Shown here: piece by piece, positions 56,206-64,000 of the stretch
Numbering within the stretch: position 1 is the stretch's first letter
Layout: the number at the start of each line of letters is the position of its first letter
From: Enoplolaimus lenunculus
Taxonomy: Eukaryota
Assembly (NCBI GenBank): GCA_030248215.1
Contig: JASANG010002092.1
Coordinates: 124,001 to 188,000, forward strand
Reading direction: 5' to 3'
DNA length: 64,000 bases
Notes under the pieces: model-generated
The model's input: only the letters and a program-made list of their open reading frames with translations
What the model was told of the DNA's origin: nothing
Databases searched by the model: none
Made by a program: the position numbers and the translations under genes

Positions 56206-56680
56206 AGCCATATAAAGTGTACCTGTAGAGTAATAATCATATGAACATCGTAAAATTACTTAGCTAACGGTAAAAAGTGCTGAACCAAAATGGAAAATTT
56301 CGTGCACGTTCTGTAAGGAGTTTTTGATCGTAACTACTGAAGGCCACGATCGTTTGGCAAATGCTTTGGCACAGATATTTCCTACGGACCACGATACCAG
56401 TGTACAAGATTTAAACGAAAAGGTCTGATATTACTTGAGTACCAACATGCAAACTAAACTGAAAATACGCACCTGAGAAACGCGAACCATATATATGAAC
56501 ACTATCATATCATTATATATAAAAATAAATATGGCAGAGAACTGAATTATCCTTTTTCGTACATTTTAAACGTTTAAACGCAACAACCATGCTGCAAAAC
56601 ATGTATATAACAAACAGCTACAAACAGTAGGTATATTTCAGAAACGCTGCATATAGGTTTGTTAACAAGCTCATCTAAGT

Positions 56681-59600
56681 ATGGATTTGTGCAAAATAGA
56701 AACTGTTCTCGCTTTAATTATATACAGTTTGACCTTAACATCAGAAAGAGTTGATGGAAAGAATCTGAAATCAAAGGAAGAAAAATACACCGCCGAAGAA
56801 CGCGCTCAGATTGAAAAATGCAAACGGAAGCGCAAAGGAAACGGGCAAATTTTTGATAGTTTTTATTTAGTACCCAAAATCAGGGAAACTTGTGGTAAGT
56901 ATTAAAATTCCATGTTATAATTGTACCTAAAGCTTGTGAATCTATTTTACGCAGTCGAATATTTCTCAGCTGAAATAATGCATGCCGGTACTAAAATTTG
57001 GAAAGTTGATTGAAATTGCGTAACGATTACACACAAATACAAAATTGCACACGGTAAATTTACGTAGATGCCATGTTATGCAACAAAATAACCATATAAA
57101 ATGCGCGAGAAAAGAATATTAATTTCAGCGGGTTCCTCAGATGATACACTGCGCATTGAAAAATTTGAACTCGTCGATGCTGATACTGGTTTCAAGGTGC
57201 TAAAGTTTCCCGGATGCCATCGAATTGATGTAAGATATGTTCACTTCTTTATATCCAATTATTTGTTTTTGCTTTTGAGATGAATCTCAAAGCAAATCAC
57301 AATTGAAGTAAAAATAAGCGTATAAATTGCGTTTGGGGAATTGAATAAACTTGAGTAAAAAGAATCAGTGGAACTCATTTCAAAAGTTACAAGTTAGTGT
57401 CATCTAGATTCAACTCCACTTTTCTGCTCGTGAAACCATAAACTGTTACTCAGGCGCGGCTGTTCATAAATCCAAGCTCACCAAAAGTTGCCAGCTGGGA
57501 GCAAGGGCGTTGGCCAAAAATTTTCACTCATCTTGAATGGAAAATCACAAGCGACGGCGACGCTAACTTTCTAGAAGACTACAAGTGTGAAAAACAAGAT
57601 GTCAATGGTTGTAACGGAATTGGCAACAACTGGTGAGACGCGATTGCTTCAAGATTTTCTTTACTAAAACAATACTAAGTGCGTACAAAAAACTATTTCA
57701 GGAAAGAAATTCGAGAGAATATAGTCACAAACAATATATATGGGACATCGATACCTAAAATACTACGTGATAAATTAAAGGAAATACGACATTTGATATT
57801 TTTCTGTTGTTTAAAATATTGTTTAATCACTTTTTGGAGGCGATGTATATATGAGGATCGGACCATTTTCCGGGGTGAGTTAAGCTTAAGCTTTTAGACT
57901 AATTTATTCCCTGTTAGGCTCAGGCTTACGAATATGTGTATTCTTACGCCGAAGTTTTGGCTTAGGCTTAGGCTTCGTTTCAGGCTTAGGCTTAGGCTTA
58001 GGAATATGCTTATGCACTGTTATGGTCTACATCTATACATTGGCCCAGGTTTATCGATACCGCAAATAACAGTATAATGTCCAAATTTTGGTGTTCCAGT
58101 GTTCCATTTAAATACTTGTTTGGGTGACGTTGGAGAACTCTGGAAAGCATCTGTATACACCCTACACGATAACAAAACTGCCTCATTAATCCATATATAC
58201 AACTGTAACTGTAAACGAAACTGGCAACTGTCAAATTTAGTTTTTAGCTTTTACTGCGACTTCTGCAAAGAAGCAGTTCGATTACAGTTGCAAGAAGGTA
58301 TCAAGAAGAAAGATATCGTGCAATGTCCATCTGGAACTGGCGCTCAAATTCTACAGAGGTACATGTGTTCGGCAAGGCGCAGCCAGAACAGGTGTCCTGA
58401 CTGCCACATGGATAAAAACTTTTCTACGGCTCAGTTAAAAACTTTTCTACGGCTCAGTTAAAAACTTTTCTACGGCTCAGTTAAAAACTTTTCTACGGCT
58501 CAGTTAAAAACTTTTCTACGGCTCAGTTAAAAACTTTTCTACGGCTCAGTTAAAAACTTTTCTACGGCTCAGTTAAAAACTTTTCTACGGCTCAGTTAAA
58601 AACTTTTCTACGGCTCAGTTAAAAACTTTTCTACGGCTCAGTTAAAAACTTTTCTACGGCTCAGTTAAAAACTTTTCTACGGCTCAGTTAAAAACTTTTC
58701 TACGGCTCAGTTACGCTGGAATTTAAGACATATTTGTCGTGAAATTTCTAGTGTATTTAATAAACTTCGCATTGGAGTGATTGTGTTCGCAGCTGTAAGG
58801 ATTTATTTAAATTTGTAATTTGGAAAATTTGAACTAAATTATTTTTACCTATCGCGCGGCGCTAACATAAAACAGTCTACTGATCTCCGTATCGTGCTAC
58901 TCGGTTTATTCTTAAGTAGACACAAACTTCTAATTTACGTCTGCTGTACAACACGTCTACGAGATTACAGCTGCTACTGCGATTAAACAACGTGTGTTGG
59001 TACTGCACGCGCACAACCCCTGTTCGAAGTTTTGAACAATGTTAAAGACAGTGCCGAACAGGGAACCTCGATACTCTTGCACTCGAGCCAAGCATTCTAC
59101 CACTACACCATGTCGTTGCAACAACTTATACCGGTAACAGGGTGCAACCGGAGGTGAAAAATACCGGAGCCGAAGGTCAAAGAAACTTGCCGGAGCCGGA
59201 GGTGAGGCGAAATTAGGTAGTAAAAATGATGGATAATTAGTTAATTTTAGCCAATATCTGTTAATATGTTGTTAAGTTGTTTGGATTTACGTTAATTTTC
59301 TGCGAAACTTCGGAAATGCTTCCCTGAAAATTGTAACAAAAATAAAAAAACGCGCTAACCACAAATTTTGCAAAATTATGCAAAATTTTACTACCCAAAT
59401 TATCGGAACCTCCGGCAAAAATTCCACCGGAGCCGGAGCCGCAGGCCGATTTTCTACCGGAGCTGGAGCCGGAGGCAGACCTCCGGTTGTTCCCTGACCG
59501 GTATATATACACATTAATAGCAATCTTTTTGCTTTACATACACTTACAGTACACATACACCGACAATCTGTCCGAATATTCAAATCTATTTTTAGAAAAA

Positions 59601-62055
59601 TTTGCTTCGACGATTGGGGTTCGTTGGATAAAGATGGCGATGGTGAACCGGATTTTATATGTGAGCCGTATTTTGAAACGTACAAAACGCTTCTTCAGGA
59701 AATATATGTTGATGGCTTGGTAAGTATGCAAGCAACGTTTACCTGCTATAAACGAGAATTTACGAGAATTTTAGTTAACATTGCAAGACAGTTTTACACC
59801 TGACGCGTGTATGAACACAGGTATCAACCACAAATCACACATTACCTGAACTGAATATATATATATGTGTGATGAAAATAATTAGAAAAATTGCGAAATT
59901 GTAATTATAAATATAAATAGGCCCATGTATAGAACAGGGCCGGAACAGTTATAGTATAAGCGTATTTCTAAGCCTAAGCCTAAGCATAAAGCCTAAGCGT
60001 AAGGATGAGACTATTCCTAAGCCTAAGCCTAAACCTAAGCAAAAAAGTTAGTGTAAAGCTTAAACTGACTATTTACAGCCCCGCCGGCAAAAGATCCGGC
60101 CCTGTTTTATACATGGGCCGAAATCACAAAAAATGTTCCTGCTACAGCAAGAGTCTATGGCAAACACTTGTTTAACTTTCGCAAAAATAAATATGCATCA
60201 ATCCAATATATACAACAACCCATGTGTATTACCTTTACCTTGGTGCCAATGTAAAGATCCGGGGCGGATAGTATTTCTGTGGGACTAGAAAAAGTTTAAT
60301 TTTTTGCTTGGCTTATGCTTAACCTTAGGAGTATGCTCATACTACTGTTCCGCCCGTTCTTTACATTGGGCCAATGTAGAACAGGGCCGTTTTAATAATT
60401 TTACCCAGGAGTTTTCAGCCATTATTAGTTCGGATTAAATTATGAATAGTAGTATGAGCACATTCCTATGCCTGAGCATAAGGATAAGACTATTCTTAAG
60501 CCTAAATCTTAAGCTACTCTATTACGTTTCGACCCTGTTCTATACAAGGGCCTTGCAATCGTACGGCCCCACAACTATTTCGGTATCCCCCAGATATAAT
60601 TTTCTGCGGACGCCAGGGCTACGCTATTGTTTCCAGGGCAACATCGAATTGAAATTTTCTATTGCTAACAACAACACCGACGAACATAAACAATTACAAG
60701 AACAAGGACATTCAACCAGGTAACTTGTGTTCTTATGTACTATAGTTATTGTCTAAGCTGTAATTTGTCCACTCCATATGCTCACATTTTTGTATGAACC
60801 CAAAAAGATTTCACGAACAGTCAAGTTTGAAAATTTACTTACAAAACAATTAAATACAAAATTAGACGCTATAACGCGAACTAGCATCGGGCCAGAATTG
60901 CAATTTGTTCCCGTGCGCAACAAATTAGCTAACTCACCGCATGATCTTAAATGTTGAATTTTACTTCTATCAAGGAATAATACGGAGTTCAGGTTATAAG
61001 TGGGACAGCCCGAAACATTTTTTGTCCCATTACAATAAAGGTAAACGTTTGCTACAATTTTGGAATATCATATATTCGCACAAATACCCCGTGGTGTCAT
61101 TTCACATATGGATATTTGGGCCCATGTATACCTTGGACTAAATCATAGGCTTAGGGTGCTTAGGCTTGGGCTTAGGTTTACGCCTAGACTTTAGGGAGCG
61201 CCCCGCCTTCGACCATATTCTGAAATCCCAAAATCCCACCTTCGAGCATATCCCAAAATCCCACCTTCCACCGTATACCAAAATCCCATAATCCCACCTT
61301 CGACCATATACCTAAATCACAAAACAAAATCCCGCCTTCCACCATATCCCGATATCCCAAAATCCCACATTCTACTATATCCCATAATCCCACCTTCCAC
61401 TATATACCAAAATCCCTTAATCCCACCTTCGACCATATACCTAAATCCCAAAATCCCACATTCGACCATATATCCCGAAATCCCAAAATACTTACATTCG
61501 ACCATATCCCGAAATCCCAAAATCCCACCTTCCACCATATCCCGAAATTCCAAAATCAAAAATCCCACCTTCGACCATATCCCCAAATCACAAAACCCAA
61601 AAAATCATACCTTCGACCATATCCCGAAATCCCAAAATTTTATATTCGTAGGATGGTGTGATTTTGGGACGGCAGCGAGGTTTATATGAGTCGATATTTG
61701 TATATGATGACTACTTGAGAGCAGTAGTTTTTAAGCCAGTGTCATTTGACGTTCACATTTTTTTCGGCATACCCACTGTTTAGATCGCAACAATTCGTGT
61801 TGACGTCGAATCAACATGGACAATACATGTTCCGCGTTGCCCCAGTCTGCCATTAACACGCATAACTAGATACATATACGTTTCCGTTTTATGTAAATGG
61901 TGTGAAAACAATTTTAATTAAAAAATTATTGTTTCAGCGAATCTTTGCAAATGCTATTACAGTCGAATTTACTCTCCTGCACCAAAGTGACATTTGATAT
62001 ATGCGAAAGTTTTCCAGTCATAAATCCATTAACTGATGAATACGAATGCACTTGA
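56681..62055 (+). CDS. Uncharacterised secreted Cys-rich protein, ~309 aa, 7 exons, with a DxDxDG motif
   Basis: Exons 56681-56894, 57129-57229, 57454-57632, 58248-58358, 59596-59719, 60637-60719, 61938-62055; all GT-AG, phases 1,0,2,2,0,2 chain without stops (930 nt). Hydrophobic N-terminus, GCNGIGNNCFYCDFC motif formed across the exon 3/4 junction, DKDGDGEPDF, and C-terminal LLSCTKVTFDIC. Confidence 0.8.
58414..58712. repeat. Perfect tandem repeat, 13 x 23 bp (AAAAACTTTTCTACGGCTCAGTT)
   Basis: 299 bp = 13 identical units with no spacers. Confidence 0.97.
59138..59496. mobile_element. hAT-type MITE
   Basis: CAGGGTGCAACCGGAGG / CCTCCGGTTGTTCCCTG termini; TSD ACCGGTAA/ACCGGTAT (7/8). Confidence 0.85.
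59920..60119. mobile_element. MITE carrying GCCTAA/TTAGGC repeats (best-preserved copy)
   Basis: 25-bp TIR GGCCCATGTATAGAACAGGGCCGGA / TCCGGCCCTGTTTTATACATGGGCC enclosing two CCTAAG repeat blocks. Confidence 0.85.
61200..61640. repeat. Minisatellite, ~25-40-bp unit AATCCCACCTTCGACCATATCCCGAAATCCCAA
   Basis: About a dozen diverged tandem units. Confidence 0.9.
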
Positions 62056-62897
62056 AAATTTGTAATCAACTTCAAAACAAGATACCACTACTGTCTTATT
62101 TTGTTCATGAAATCGCGTTTTCAAGAGTCGTTGAATGTATAGCGGGGAAATATCGGTCCCGAAATATCTTGAGAAACAACAAAAAGCCGGTTTTAACGCA
62201 GCATTTTTACCTCTCTGGACCCTAAACGTAACAAGCTCTTTTATAAAATTTTCCCCTTCGGAAAAACCGGGGGGGCTTTTGACCTCTCTGGACCCTAAAC
62301 GTAACAAGCTCTTTTATAAAATTATACCCTTCCGAAATAACATCCAGGCTGGCTACGCTTTTGAATAAAACATCCTGCTAGACAAACATAGAAGTATGCC
62401 AAAAACCAAACAAAACAAAAACTGGATAATATTAAAACTATCAACAATAAAGAATTATGAGAACCACGATTTCTCATTGAACAGTCTTGTTATTCAAAAA
62501 AACTGTGATATACTTGCTAATCTTGTTAACTCAATAATTTCTTGTCACTCACACGTTATAATGCGTGCGCTCCGCAGATGCAACGACCCTACCGTTTTGA
62601 ACAGAGAGTATACATTTCCATACCGTTTACAAAAAGCAATTTTCGTCGCATCACTTGCGACACAAATTGATGGTCATTTAGGCGTTTTCGGCAACGAAGT
62701 AGTGGACAAATTCATAATCCGCGAACAGTGTGCGGACTTTTTTAATTTTGCAGGACATTGAAACTGTGAGGGTGATTTAAAATTAGGCGGTGTAAGCATG
62801 TGAGACATGCTTGTCCGTTACGTGCACGTGCAACATAATGTATGCTAGCTGGCAGCATACAGTCTACACATATAATCAAGATAGAAAAAGTTTTAGA

Positions 62898-63248
62898 GGC
62901 GGGCTGTGTGGTGCAGTGGTAGAGTATTCGCTAAAGAATCCTTACGCCGAGAGTTCGATCCCCGCTCCGGAGGTCCGCTTTCCCAGCTGCTTAGTTGAAA
63001 GGTCTGAAGAACCGGCTCCTACCTAGACTGACATGGGGGCTACTCCGTGGACGCAATGGTAAACTGTCGCGCTATGAACACGGTATCCAGTCGAAAATAG
63101 GATGGACGGTCAAGGGACGGCCTTTTGAAAACAGGCATGTAAGCATGTTAGACATGCTTGTCCGTTATGTGCACGTGCAATATAGTGCAGTGCACTGTAT
63201 GTATGCTAGCTGGCAGCATATGGTCGACACATATAGTTGACGATAGAA
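62898..63248 (+). mobile_element. tRNA-derived SINE
   Basis: Pol III A box TGGTGCAGTGG and B box AGTTCGATCC; the body matches the copies at 35450-35918 on the minus strand. Confidence 0.82.
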
Positions 63249-63259
63249 ACAGTTGGTGG

Positions 63260-63500
63260 AAAAATTCAAATTTTGGCGAGAGAATCGGGAAATTCAAATC
63301 TTGGCGGGAAATTCAAATTTTGGCGGGAACATTTAAATTTTTGCAGGAACATTCAAAGTTCAGATTTAGAATGTAAATTTTAGCGGCAAATCAAATTTTT
63401 GCGTGAAAATTACATTTTGGGGTCGAAATTCAATTTTTGGCGGGAAATCGAAGTTTTGGAGGAAACAACAAAATTATGAAGAAACTTCAAATTTTGCGAA
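63260..63500. repeat. Degenerate ~20-bp tandem repeat AAATTCAAATTTTGGCGGGA
   Basis: About ten diverged units. Confidence 0.75.
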
Positions 63501-64000
63501 AAATAATAATTTTTTAAGCAAACTATCTATATACCAGACACTCGATACCTATTGTGCAGTTGAGTGGGACATTGAAGGTAAATATTGACGGTATAAAAAT
63601 GTTCGCTACACCGTCTATGCAAAAGTTGTATAATCCGCGCAACTAACTATATTGTAGGACGTTGCGTGAGCGATGCGCACGCGTTATAACGTGTGAGAGA
63701 CAAGGAGGAATTATTTAATACTGTACAAACGAGATATTTACGATCTGTTACCCTCTTTGATCGTCTGTTTAACGAAAAAAATCATGAACCCTTACGAAAC
63801 CTTTCATAAAATTAAGGCCTCGATCAAAATTAAAAGCGAATATACCAACAAGTAAAATAACAAAAATAAAAATCGTCATCTAATAATAGAAATATTAATT
63901 GTTGTGTTAACGGCACAGCTCACCTGTTCAAATGCAAAAGTGTAATCAATTTACGATCATACCAACACCACGCGCGTATGAACGAGCGCAATGCAGTAAA

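Noticed and set aside
58414..58712. Possible CRISPR array
   Set aside because: Units are contiguous with no unique spacers, there are no cas genes, and the context is a eukaryotic intron.
61184..61586. ORFs with MVEGGILGF repeats
   Set aside because: Translations of an intronic minisatellite.
62898..62970. Possible tRNA genes (also 35515-35587, 35750-35820, 35850-35918, ~59050-59115)
   Set aside because: A/B boxes are present but stems are degenerate and no oligo-T terminator is evident. All but the ~59050 copy continue into a shared SINE body.

Overview
AT-rich, intron-rich eukaryotic genomic DNA, most likely from a nematode. Evidence: dispersed TTAGGC telomere-type repeats and an NAA10 protein that, from recollection, closely resembles C. 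elegans DAF-31. Most ORF-track entries are spurious or are exon fragments. Manual splicing with GT-AG boundaries and consistent phases gave six gene models: CRELD (-, 8 exons), NAA10 (+, 6 exons, head-to-head with CRELD), a tetraspanin (+, 6 exons), COG8 (-, 13 exons), the 3' ~380 codons only of a cytosolic aconitase/IRP1 (+, 8 exons), and an unnamed secreted Cys-rich protein with a DxDxDG motif (+, 7 exons). Introns and intergenic DNA are full of repeats: an internally deleted piggyBac, two decayed Ty3/Gypsy elements, hAT-type MITEs with 8-bp TSDs, PIF/Harbinger-like and Tc1-like MITEs, a MITE family carrying TTAGGC repeats, tandem tRNA-derived SINEs and several minisatellites. The most notable observations are the intact but headless aconitase, the telomere-repeat-carrying MITE family, the unnamed secreted gene, and three duplicated splice sites.
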